Shown piece by piece: positions 1-8,815 of a stretch of 64,000 bases of DNA. The stretch comes from Patescibacteria group bacterium (GTDB lineage Bacteria; Patescibacteriota; JACPGU01): the NCBI GenBank assembly GCA_028718745.1, contig JAQULF010000003.1:160-64159 (forward strand), in the 5' to 3' direction. The stretch's first letter is position 1. Each line of letters begins with the position of its first letter. The notes under the pieces were generated by a model. The model was not told the origin of the DNA and did no database searches. It worked only from the letters and a program-made list of their open reading frames with translations. The position numbers and the translations under genes were made by a program.

Positions 1-177
1 AAAGTAAAAAAATTGAGATTGGAATTGGGTTTTACTCAAGAAAAACTGAGCGAAGTTTGCGGGCTTCATCGCACTTATATTGCTGGTATTGAAAAAGGAA
101 GAAGGAATATTTCAATAAAAAATCTTGAAAAAATCGCCAAGGCATTGAAAGTAAAGCCCGATGAATTATTAAAATAA
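1..177 (+). CDS. C-terminal fragment of XRE-family helix-turn-helix transcriptional regulator (5' end outside window)
   Basis: Frame-1 translation ...LSEVCGLHRTYIAGIEKGRRNISIKNLEKIAKALKVKPDELLK* is a classic HTH_3/XRE DNA-binding helix pattern; stop TAA at 175-177; next gene starts 10 nt later. Confidence 0.5.
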   Translation, partial: KVKKLRLELGFTQEKLSEVCGLHRTYIAGIEKGRRNISIKNLEKIAKALKVKPDELLK

Positions 178-186
178 CTTCCATAA

Positions 187-1023
187 ATGAATAACGATAA
201 TATTGTAAAAATTTTTGAAACAAAAGTTCCTGGTATTTTAAAAAAAGCAGGAGCATATTCTCTGGAGATTAGGCGTAATGGTCTTAAAATATCTCACAAG
301 ACAAATACTGGAGAAGAAAAAAGCGACATTTTAACCAACGCCGATCTTAAAGTGCAAGAAGTTATTCTCAATGAGCTTCTAAAAACACACCTCAGGAAAT
401 GTATGTTGGTAAGCGAAGAGAACACCAGATATATTGATAGATTTGCAAAGAAGAGCAACTATTTATTAAGTATTGATCCGATAGATGGTACATTGGCTTA
501 CGCTAAAAAACCAAGATCAAAAAAATTTCAAATAATAATCCAACTCAAAAATCAGTATGAAATATTAATAACTGCTATTTACTATCCGGCATATGATGAA
601 TTGTTATATATTGCCAATGATAAAGTAATGCTTAATGGTAAAAAGTTAAAATTGGGGAAAAATAAATCTAGGAGTGATATCGCGACAAAAGATGATTTAT
701 CGATCAGGGCACGAAGATTTTTTAGCAAGAATGGCTTGAACCCAATTGACTATAAAAGCCATCCGAAAATTCCTGGGTACATATATTTGGTAAAAAGCAA
801 GTATGGTGGATTTTATAAAAAAAATATCAATGCTTATGATGGATTGGTTTGGGCACATCTAGTCAATGCTATGGGTGGCAGAACAATCGAAATAGTTTCC
901 GGAAAAGAAATCGGCAAGGATTATAATTTCTTTAATATAAAAAGAGAGACATTAAGAGGAAGAAATAGATTAGTGCATCCAGGAGAATATATGGCAATAT
1001 TTAATATTGATAAACAAATATGA
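187..1023 (+). CDS. Inositol-monophosphatase/CysQ-family phosphatase
   Basis: VSEEN metal-binding Glu pair and SIDPIDGT signature (DPxDGT motif of IMPase/FBPase/CysQ superfamily); 4-nt ATGA overlap with next gene suggests an operon. Confidence 0.55.
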   Translation: MNNDNIVKIFETKVPGILKKAGAYSLEIRRNGLKISHKTNTGEEKSDILTNADLKVQEVILNELLKTHLRKCMLVSEENTRYIDRFAKKSNYLLSIDPIDGTLAYAKKPRSKKFQIIIQLKNQYEILITAIYYPAYDELLYIANDKVMLNGKKLKLGKNKSRSDIATKDDLSIRARRFFSKNGLNPIDYKSHPKIPGYIYLVKSKYGGFYKKNINAYDGLVWAHLVNAMGGRTIEIVSGKEIGKDYNFFNIKRETLRGRNRLVHPGEYMAIFNIDKQI

Positions 1024-1688
1024 ATATGAAAAAAATAATTATAAATGCTGACGATTTTGGAATGAGCAGAATCTTTAATAATGCAATATTAGAATTGCTA
1101 GAAATGGATTTTATAAAATCAACCTCCGTTTTAGTTACAAGAGGTATTGAGAATCAACTAGATCAGGTAGAGAAGCTAAAAGATCTAAAAAACCAAAAAG
1201 ATATTTCAATCGGTCTTCATTTCGAATCGGACAAAAATGATCAAGATTATAATAATCTGATACAAAACATCGATAACCAAAACGATATATTTATCAAATA
1301 CTTGGGAACTAAGCCAACCCATATTGATAAACATAAACAGGTTTATTCCAAAGAAGAAGCAAAAGCAATGGTTGATTTTGCTGTTAGAAACAATATTTTT
1401 ATCCGCAATAGCTCCTCTGGGCTTATCCAAGAATATAAAAAAAGAGTTAAAACGAGCGATCGTATCATATTCTTATTGGAAGAATCAATGGATGATATAA
1501 AAAGTAAATTGCTGAACAAAGTAAATGAAAACGAGATTATGGAGATAATCGCTCATCCCAGAAGGTTTGACCCTGCTTGCAAATCATCCCTTAATAAGGA
1601 TCGAGAAAAAGATTATAATAACATATTAGAATTGGTTCCATTCTTAGAAAAAAATAATATAGCAATTATAAATCAAAAAGATATTTGA
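1020..1688 (+). CDS. YdjC/ChbG-like carbohydrate deacetylase family protein
   Basis: N-terminus MKKIIINADDFGMS matches the conserved NADDFG start of the YdjC family; TGA stop. Confidence 0.5.
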   Translation: MNMKKIIINADDFGMSRIFNNAILELLEMDFIKSTSVLVTRGIENQLDQVEKLKDLKNQKDISIGLHFESDKNDQDYNNLIQNIDNQNDIFIKYLGTKPTHIDKHKQVYSKEEAKAMVDFAVRNNIFIRNSSSGLIQEYKKRVKTSDRIIFLLEESMDDIKSKLLNKVNENEIMEIIAHPRRFDPACKSSLNKDREKDYNNILELVPFLEKNNIAIINQKDI

Positions 1689-1790
1689 TATTTTTGCTTT
1701 TATGTTTTTCCAATAACCACTGTTCTTCTTTACTTTTCTCCTTATTTTTGCTATATTGTAAGGAGTAAAAAAATCGAAATTCAAAATAGC

Positions 1791-1925
1791 GTGCCGACGA
1801 GAGTTGGCACGCAAGAAACACCGGCGGAAATTTTGGAATTCGGCGGCGGCATTCGGGCGGAGCAATCCTGCCCCCCCATCAGGATGCTCCGCCCGAGGAT
1901 TCAAATTCGGGATTCGAAGATTTTT
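1791..1925. ncRNA. GC-rich highly structured element (candidate small RNA, or a terminator complex) in a convergent intergenic gap
   Basis: About 135 nt at ~65% GC embedded in ~30% GC sequence. A 7-bp hairpin GCGTGCC-N10-GGCACGC (1790-1813) is followed on the minus strand by a T-run. A long bulged hairpin GGGCGGAGCAATCCTG-CCCCCCCAT-CAGGATGCTCCGCCC lies at 1855-1893. The overlapping ORFs 1644..1904 and 1791..1973 are likely artefacts of the GC tract. Confidence 0.3.
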
Positions 1926-2072
1926 CGCGCAGTGTTTAATAATTTCGATTTAACGAGATTTTTTAATTTTTGAACATATATTCAGCGCAATTAAAACCGA
2001 CAGTAAGAGTCGGCTTTTAAGGTTTAAAACTTTACTTTATCTAATATCAGAATTTGACGATCATAAACATTC

Positions 2073-3083
2073 TTACGCAATCTGCAATTGTTCCTGAAAA
2101 CTTCTTTTCTCCCGTTTTTCTATATCCATAACAGTTATAAATAAATCGGGCTTCTCATCTATTTCCCTCAATCTCTTCTCGGAAATCTTTACATATTTTT
2201 CATTTACATCAATGCCAATATAATTTTTCCCTAATTTCTTCGCCGCCATAGCGGTCGTCCCACTACCGACAAAAGGATCTAGCACAACTGCATTCTTTGA
2301 AAAAACCGACAATTTAATTAAATATTCGCAAATTGCTAATGGCTTAACAGTTTTGTGATCATTATATTCTCCTTTTTCTTTTTTGGTTGGTTTCGGCAAT
2401 AAAAAAGTTTTATCTATCAACTCATTGATGCTTTCAACAGTAAATACATTAGCAGGATACATATTATCATCGCCAATCCTTACATTAGTATTGAATAATC
2501 CCACTTCATATTTGAGCATATTATTGAGATATGTTTGACTAGTAGGTTTTTGCGCCATTGCTATAGGTTCGAAACATGATTTTATCTGCGGCGTTTTCCA
2601 GCCACTTAACTTTTCTTTAATTTCTTCTTTATCTTTTTCATCAGCATTCATTTTATTAATGAAATGGTCAACTCCCATCGCCTTAGCTTGATTTTGAGTG
2701 TAAAGCCACATGAAAGAGTCTCTGATTTCAAAACCGGCATCATCAATCGCTGAGGCCATTCTGTGATATAACCTTGGACTAGAAAATGAAAAGAAAAAAC
2801 CTCCGGGCTTTAGAACTCGGAAAATTTCTTCCGAGATTTTTAAATACCAAGTGTAAAATTTTCTACCCTGTTCTCGATCAAATTTCATGCCAGCCGGAAG
2901 CGATGTTACAACTTGCTGATTATTTTGATTCGACACTTCGTCATAATCCCAATTATTATCCAGTTTATCTAAAAAATATGGGGGGTCTGTCAAAACAACA
3001 TCGATAGAATCATTTTCAATTTGAGATAATAATTCCAAGGCATCACTGCAAATTATATTGTTTAAAAATTTACTGTTTTTCAT
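2073..3083 (-). CDS. Type II DNA methyltransferase, beta-class (N6-adenine or N4-cytosine)
   Basis: Motif IV VVLTDPPYF near the N-terminus and motif I VVLDPFVGSGTTAMAA near the C-terminus (IV-before-I order = beta-class amino-MTase); overlaps the upstream ORF by ATGA. Confidence 0.8.
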   Translation of the reverse strand: MKNSKFLNNIICSDALELLSQIENDSIDVVLTDPPYFLDKLDNNWDYDEVSNQNNQQVVTSLPAGMKFDREQGRKFYTWYLKISEEIFRVLKPGGFFFSFSSPRLYHRMASAIDDAGFEIRDSFMWLYTQNQAKAMGVDHFINKMNADEKDKEEIKEKLSGWKTPQIKSCFEPIAMAQKPTSQTYLNNMLKYEVGLFNTNVRIGDDNMYPANVFTVESINELIDKTFLLPKPTKKEKGEYNDHKTVKPLAICEYLIKLSVFSKNAVVLDPFVGSGTTAMAAKKLGKNYIGIDVNEKYVKISEKRLREIDEKPDLFITVMDIEKREKRSFQEQLQIA

Positions 3084-3826
3084 TTTTTGTTTTTAGAATC
3101 AGGATTTTTACCATTAAATTCTTTATAAAGAATTCTATAAATTATTTTTCTCACATCCTTGTCAAAATTTTTAACAAAATTCGCATCTGCTAATTTTATA
3201 ACCCTGCCTTTTTCGTCATAAACCCACCTGTTTCTGTCGGCTCTATTGCATTTTTGACATTGAGGAATAATGTTTCCGGGAACAAGCGACTTATTTGGAT
3301 CCATATGTGATTTTTGCAAAATCGTTTTTGTCGCCGGCCAATGAAAATGCGGTTTTCCCTCTTGTGAACCACAAGTGGCACAACGGTAGTTGTACTTTTC
3401 TTTTATTGTATCCCAATTGTCAGTTTCAGCAATTCTGTGTCCCTTTTTAAATCCGGGATAAGGTTGTTCTAAAGTATAAAGTTGATACGATCCTCTTTCT
3501 ACTTTTAGTACAATGTTGTCTCGTCCACCTGCGATTATCCACCAACCGGCTTGCGCGCCCAAATGCCTAGCTTGCTGGACATCGTTTGTATTTGGATAGT
3601 AGCTGCGAACAAATTTAGTGAGTTCTTCTTTGCTGACTTTTCTGGTTTTTGGATAATCATAAGCCAGATAGACTAAAACCAGTGCATCTTTTGTAAATTT
3701 GTGCTTCGAACCATAGAGTTTTGGCAATTTGACTCCAAATTGATTCAGATATTTTTTATGGTATTCACCAATTGTTTTGTAAATACTCTCTATAGATTTT
3801 TTGTTTAAAACAAGACTATCTAGCAT
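3080..3826 (-). CDS. Putative Type II restriction endonuclease, HNH (beta-beta-alpha-Me) family
   Basis: Translationally coupled (4-nt overlap) to the MTase. C-terminal Cys4/HNH pattern YRCATCG...HFHWP...N...PQCQKCNRADRN resembles KpnI/Hpy99I-type HNH REases. Specificity unknown. Confidence 0.5.
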   Translation of the reverse strand: MLDSLVLNKKSIESIYKTIGEYHKKYLNQFGVKLPKLYGSKHKFTKDALVLVYLAYDYPKTRKVSKEELTKFVRSYYPNTNDVQQARHLGAQAGWWIIAGGRDNIVLKVERGSYQLYTLEQPYPGFKKGHRIAETDNWDTIKEKYNYRCATCGSQEGKPHFHWPATKTILQKSHMDPNKSLVPGNIIPQCQKCNRADRNRWVYDEKGRVIKLADANFVKNFDKDVRKIIYRILYKEFNGKNPDSKNKK

Positions 3827-3975
3827 ATTTGCTTGATTATTGTTTTTATTATTATTTGATTCTACTTTACTCTATTCCCCTTTCTTGTAAAGAGTTTTTT
3901 ACTTTGTTTGCTTTGTTTATTTTTCCACCAAAATCCCCTATTGCAAAAAATATACTTCATAATAAAATGAATGTA

Positions 3976-4061
3976 ACGATGCTAATCCGCTAATGAATGC
4001 GAATGACGCTAAAAAATTCCTCTATTCGCTATATTCGCGTTAATTCGCATATTAGCATCGT
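3976..4061. promoter_or_regulatory. Imperfect ~86-bp palindrome with ATTCGC/GCGAAT hexamer repeats in the divergent promoter region between the REase gene and gene 4093
   Basis: acgatgctaat (3976-3986) is the exact reverse complement of attagcatcgt (4051-4061). Inner arms atgcgaat / attcgcat (3997-4004, 4043-4050) also pair. ATTCGC recurs at 4025, 4033 and 4043. Confidence 0.4.
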
Positions 4062-4092
4062 CTTAAAATAACTAGGATTAAATTGATATCAG

Positions 4093-6336
4093 ATGTTTAT
4101 AACCAAAGTTGGTAAAATCTTATCGCGCCAAAAAAATCCCGACCGCTATACTTTGGTCTCTATTTTTAAACCCGATTCGCAGCAGCAGAAAGATCACGGT
4201 ACGATCTATATGATTATCGAAATCCTCTCTTCCGACCCTACTATGGGCCGAGTGGCTAAAGTGATTGAGAAGATTTTGATTGAGAAGTATTATGAAAATT
4301 TGGAAGATGGGTTAACTAGTTTTGAAGCGACTTTGAAAATTATCAACGAGAAACTAGCCTCGCTGGCTGATGAGGGTGAAATCGGCTGGATTGGCAAAAT
4401 CAATGCCGTCATCGCAATTTTGGAAAAAAACATTTTGCATGTTACTCAAACCGGCACTACCGAAGCTTATATGGTTCGGGGAAGCACAATTACCCACATT
4501 ACCGAGAACCTTTCGTCAGCGAGTGAAAAACCAAATCCTCTAAAAACTTTTATCAACATTGCTTCCGGCGAACTTGATCTTGGGGATAAAGTTATTATTT
4601 CAACCTCGGAGCTTTTTTACCATTTCTCGCTGGATGATTTGCGAAGAATCAACGCTAAATTTCCTCCAGCCATCGCCGCTGCTTATATTGTCAAAATGTT
4701 AAGGAAAGAGGAAATTGAATCCATTAATACTTTGATTTTGGAATTGGATGAATCCGATTCTGAAACGGAAGGAAATATCGGTAAAAAGATTTTTACCCAA
4801 GGCGAGCAAAAAATAGTTGAACAATATGAGAAAAAGTTTATCCCTTTTTGGAAGTTCTTTTTGAGATTTTCCAAAAAAGGATTGGAAAGGTCTAAAGAAG
4901 TTTATGGTAATAAGGTTGTCCCGGGAATCTCCCGTTTTGCCCAGGAAGCCAATAAGAAAGTGAATGAAAAACTGGAGAAAAAAGACATTCCCCTTTTGAG
5001 GAAAAGCAAAGCGGATCGAGAACTTTTTGGTTTGGTACCGGAATTAGTAAAGTCGGCTAAAACAAACAAAGATAAAAAGTCCGAGAGGAGCGATGAGCCT
5101 GAAGTAAATCTTTTTCAATTGCAAAGAAAGACTGCTCCTTCATTCATTTCAAAGATATTTAAATTTATCGCTCGCCAGGCCAAAGAAAAAAATCAAGTTT
5201 TCATTATCGCCGGCATCCTACTTTTAGTACTATTGGCAACCTCCGGATTAATTTCTTATCAAAAAAGATCGGCTGCAGCCAAGAAAACGCAAATCGAACA
5301 GGCTTATAATTCTTTGAAAACCAAGGTGGAAAGCGCCATTAAAGCCAATGAACTGGGAGACTCCAAAAAAGCTCAATCGCTTCTGACAGAAGCGCAGAGC
5401 GATGCTGCCAATTTCCCCTCTTCTTCATATTTAAAGACCGAAGTTCTCGCTTTGGAAAAAGAAATCAATGATTCCATGGAAAAGATATTTAATATCCAGC
5501 GCTTTGATTCAACAAATTCCCTTATTAACTTTACCGCACTTGATCCGACTATTAAGCTGACTAATGTCATGAGAATTGGAAATACTGTTTATGTAATTGA
5601 CAAAGAAAGACATAAGGCCGCGACCTACAATTTGGAAGCAAAAACAACCGAATCATTGCAAAATCTTTCTTATGATGGTGTGATTGAAAAAATAGCGCTT
5701 CTAAGCGACAAATCCAGTGCGGCTTTGCTCGCTTCAGGGCCTGCTAACCTTTATATATACAATTCCAAAACCAATTCCACCCAGCAAGCTACTCAAATCG
5801 GCGGGACTGCTTGGCCGGAAGCTGTAGCCATCGCCAGCTATATGAACAATATCTACTTGCTCGCACCGAACGATAATCAGATTTTCAAATATACTTCTTT
5901 GGTCGGAAGTTATTCTACTCGCAATAATTATATTTTAGACACCATCTCCTTGGATTTGAAAGATGCGGTTGATTTGGCTATAGATGGAAGCGTCTACATT
6001 TTAATGAAAAACGGAGACGCACTGAAGTTTATTTCCGGACAAAAAATGGAATTTGGCTTTACCGGATTACCAAACAATGTTAATGCCGACCAGAAGGATC
6101 CGAATGCCAAAATGGTTAATCCGATTCGAATTATCACAAATGTCGATATGGCCAATCTTTATGTCGCTGACGCAGGCGCGAAAAGAGTCGTGGTTTTTGA
6201 TAAAGACGGCAAATACAAAACCCAATTCGTATCTAACCAATGGAATGATATGAAAGACATCGCCGTTTCATGGGAGAACAAAAAACTCTATGTGCTATCC
6301 GGAACAGAAGTATTTGAAGTAGATATTTCTAAATAA
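4093..6336 (+). CDS. Membrane protein: cytoplasmic N-domain (possible degenerate PP2C/SpoIIE-like fold), single TM, extracellular NHL/beta-propeller-like C-domain
   Basis: TM helix FIIAGILLLVLLATSGLISY mid-protein; C-terminal NLYVADAGAKRVVVFDKDGKY resembles an NHL repeat; N-domain has PP2C-like spacing (ILHVTQTGTTEAYMVRG...DLGDKVIISTSELF) but lacks the catalytic Asp residues. Confidence 0.4.
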   Translation: MFITKVGKILSRQKNPDRYTLVSIFKPDSQQQKDHGTIYMIIEILSSDPTMGRVAKVIEKILIEKYYENLEDGLTSFEATLKIINEKLASLADEGEIGWIGKINAVIAILEKNILHVTQTGTTEAYMVRGSTITHITENLSSASEKPNPLKTFINIASGELDLGDKVIISTSELFYHFSLDDLRRINAKFPPAIAAAYIVKMLRKEEIESINTLILELDESDSETEGNIGKKIFTQGEQKIVEQYEKKFIPFWKFFLRFSKKGLERSKEVYGNKVVPGISRFAQEANKKVNEKLEKKDIPLLRKSKADRELFGLVPELVKSAKTNKDKKSERSDEPEVNLFQLQRKTAPSFISKIFKFIARQAKEKNQVFIIAGILLLVLLATSGLISYQKRSAAAKKTQIEQAYNSLKTKVESAIKANELGDSKKAQSLLTEAQSDAANFPSSSYLKTEVLALEKEINDSMEKIFNIQRFDSTNSLINFTALDPTIKLTNVMRIGNTVYVIDKERHKAATYNLEAKTTESLQNLSYDGVIEKIALLSDKSSAALLASGPANLYIYNSKTNSTQQATQIGGTAWPEAVAIASYMNNIYLLAPNDNQIFKYTSLVGSYSTRNNYILDTISLDLKDAVDLAIDGSVYILMKNGDALKFISGQKMEFGFTGLPNNVNADQKDPNAKMVNPIRIITNVDMANLYVADAGAKRVVVFDKDGKYKTQFVSNQWNDMKDIAVSWENKKLYVLSGTEVFEVDISK

Positions 6337-6337
6337 A

Positions 6338-8026
6338 TTACATTTTTTCTCTCGCTTCGATTCCCATCAAAGCAAGGCAATCTTTTAAAACGACCTCGGT
6401 CGCTTTTATTATTTTAAGGCGAATAGCTTCTCTCTCATCGCCGATAATTCGGCAATTATCATAAAATTTATGAAATTCAGTCGCAATCTCATGCGCGAAA
6501 AATGGGATTTTATAAACCTGATAATTCTCACCCACTTCTTTAATTAACTCCGGGTATTGGGAAAGTTTTTTAATTAAATTAATTTCGTATTTAAAATTTT
6601 GATTTTGGAGTGACGGACGATAGTCCGTTATCTTTCCTGTGACAGACTTTCGTCTGTCATTCCGATTAATCTTCGAGAGTACGCTATGTATCCTAGCTGA
6701 CGCATACTGAACATAAAATACCGGGTTCCTCGAGCTCTGCTCTTTTGCCAAATCCAAATCTATATCAATATGATGCCCATAATCTTTTGAAATGAAAAAG
6801 TAGCGGGCTGATTCTAAACTCATCTCCTCCGCTGCTTCGCGAAGAGTGATGAAATTCCCCTTTCTCTTGCTCATCCTGACTTCCTTGCCGCCCTGCATGA
6901 GATGAACCAGTTGAAAAATGATTAAATCCAGTTTGCCTTCATGCTTTAAAATTTTTGCGACAGCTTGCAATCTCCCCACATAACCATGATGATCGGCTCC
7001 GAGAAAAATAATAATTTTACCAAATTTTCGTTGTGAGAACCTTTCATAAAGATAAGCGACATCCGACATTAAATAAGTGAAATTACCATCGGTCGTTTTT
7101 ACTACGCGATCTTTTTCGTCGCCATATTCGGAAGTTTTCAACCAATAAGCTCCTTCGTTTTCATAAACCAGATTCTTGGCTTTAAAAAAATCCCACATTT
7201 TATAAACCAGTTTCTCTTTGAAAAGGATTGATTCGGTAAACCAGCGATCAAACTTGATCCCGAGAAACTTTACATCTTTTTTTATAAATTCATCGAGAAT
7301 TATTTTCGCCGCCATCTCTCCTGTTCTCTCATAGTTTCGCCTGATCCATTCAATTCCTTTTTGCTTTTTTATTTTTCGCGCCACTACATCAATATATTCT
7401 CCGCCATAAATGTCTTCGCCTTCCACTGTTTCGATTTCTAAATCCAAATTTTTATAAACTGACTTAGCTAAAATTTTAACCTGATTTCCGGCATCATTCA
7501 CATAATACTCGCGTTTAATATTATAGCCGTTTTTTGCCAAAACATTCGAAAGCGTATCACCGGAAAATCCTCCCCTGCCGTTTCCAAGAGTTAATGGTCC
7601 GGTGGGATTGGCGGAAATGAATTCAACTTGAATTTTCTTCTCCTTGCCGGAATTATTTGAACCATACTTGCTTTTTTCTTTTAAAATGTTGCTTAATTCT
7701 TTCAAATAAACTGATGAATTTAAAAAGAAATTGACATATCCGTCGCAAGCCTCAACTTTTGCGATTTCTTTGGCGGGCGTTAAATTTAACGCCCCTACGA
7801 TTTCGCCGGCGATATCTCTTGGATTTCTTTTTAACTGTTTAGCGAGAATGAACGATATATTCGTCGCAAAATCTCCATACCCCTCCCTCTCCGGCACAGA
7901 AATATCGTATTGATCAATTTCAACTTTGAAAAGTTTTTTGACAACCTTATCGATTTGTTTGCGAAGTAATTCTTTCATGGTATTTTTATAGAGGATCCTT
8001 TCTCCACTTGTCTTTAGCAAATTCAT
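6338..8026 (-). CDS. argS: Arginine--tRNA ligase
   Basis: Class I HIGH-like region SANPTGPLTLGNGRG, Arg-tRNA synthetase core FLGADHHGYVGRL, MSKRKGN (KMSK-like), C-terminal DALR-type anticodon-binding region; contains a 23-aa in-frame insertion encoded by a REPIN-like repeat (see findings). Confidence 0.9.
   Translation of the reverse strand: MNLLKTSGERILYKNTMKELLRKQIDKVVKKLFKVEIDQYDISVPEREGYGDFATNISFILAKQLKRNPRDIAGEIVGALNLTPAKEIAKVEACDGYVNFFLNSSVYLKELSNILKEKSKYGSNNSGKEKKIQVEFISANPTGPLTLGNGRGGFSGDTLSNVLAKNGYNIKREYYVNDAGNQVKILAKSVYKNLDLEIETVEGEDIYGGEYIDVVARKIKKQKGIEWIRRNYERTGEMAAKIILDEFIKKDVKFLGIKFDRWFTESILFKEKLVYKMWDFFKAKNLVYENEGAYWLKTSEYGDEKDRVVKTTDGNFTYLMSDVAYLYERFSQRKFGKIIIFLGADHHGYVGRLQAVAKILKHEGKLDLIIFQLVHLMQGGKEVRMSKRKGNFITLREAAEEMSLESARYFFISKDYGHHIDIDLDLAKEQSSRNPVFYVQYASARIHSVLSKINRNDRRKSVTGKITDYRPSLQNQNFKYEINLIKKLSQYPELIKEVGENYQVYKIPFFAHEIATEFHKFYDNCRIIGDEREAIRLKIIKATEVVLKDCLALMGIEAREKM
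6604..6665. repeat. REPIN-like paired-hairpin palindromic element, copy 1 (inside argS coding sequence, in-frame)
   Basis: tttggagtGACGGACgataGTCCGTta ... tGACAGACtttcGTCTGTCattcc: two hairpins in inverted orientation, same family as copies at 27936, 36685, 37084 and 43165. Confidence 0.7.
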
Positions 8027-8534
8027 TTTGTATTATTACATCTGCATATATTTGGTCGCCATTCTCTATTTTTACATCTGGTCTGGAAATAAGGACATGA
8101 AGATCAACCTTAGAAAGTGGGAGACCGACTAAACTGGCCGCTTTTTGTAATTGATAATTCTCATTATCACGATATCTTTTTATTGCTCCCTCTAACTTAT
8201 CGGTTGGCATATCACCAGGGCTTGAGCCTGCCCCAAAAATCACAACGCCACCGTCTTTTATTTCATCTGGAACAGAAAAGCGCTGGAGCGAATCATAATC
8301 ACTAATCAAGTATCGAGGAATTTTTTGTTGTGAGTATTCCCTGCTCAATCTTTGGCTAAGAGTGGTTTTGCCTACATCCCAATCATGCGATGCCGGTCCC
8401 GCAATAGTAACTACAACAAAGTCTCGCTCGGCAAGAAGTGCTTCGGTTTTTTTAATTATTTGTTCTACGCCCTTTTCAAAAGGATATTCCCTCTTTTCTA
8501 CTATAGGTGTTATTTTTTCTTGAAATTCTTTCAT
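7986..8534 (-). CDS. Hypothetical protein with degenerate P-loop (possible nucleotide kinase-like)
   Basis: VVVTIAGPASHDWDVGKTTL resembles a Walker A with an insertion; overlaps the argS start by 41 nt; no confident family assignment. Confidence 0.35.
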   Translation of the reverse strand: MKEFQEKITPIVEKREYPFEKGVEQIIKKTEALLAERDFVVVTIAGPASHDWDVGKTTLSQRLSREYSQQKIPRYLISDYDSLQRFSVPDEIKDGGVVIFGAGSSPGDMPTDKLEGAIKRYRDNENYQLQKAASLVGLPLSKVDLHVLISRPDVKIENGDQIYADVIIQNEFAKDKWRKDPL

Positions 8535-8815
8535 AAAAAAATTTATTTTTCAAAAACCAATTCTCTCCTTTTGTCATCCTCGAACTCTATTTCGTGATTA
8601 CAAAATTATATATAAGAATCACGAAGAGAATATCGGGGATCTATAATTAATTTGTGATAAATTATTTAAAAGCATCTCCCATATTCTATTAAAAGATCCT
8701 TGATTTTCTGTTGATCCGCCAGTTGGCGGACATCAGAAGCTCGAGGATGACAGATTAAGGATGGTTTTCGCGCTTAATTTTAAAACTCTAAAGAATTAAT
8801 TCCGGAATTCAGTCT

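Noticed and set aside
1644-1973. ORFs 1644..1904 (-) and 1791..1973 (+)
   Set aside because: Both lie on the ~135-nt GC-rich structured segment; open frames are a by-product of GC richness in an AT-rich genome and they overlap each other; treated as non-coding.
8700-8790. Small hairpins (CCGCCAGTTGGCGG; AATTCCGGAATT) downstream of tyrS as terminators
   Set aside because: Stems are short and not followed by clear U-tracts on the minus strand; insufficient to call.
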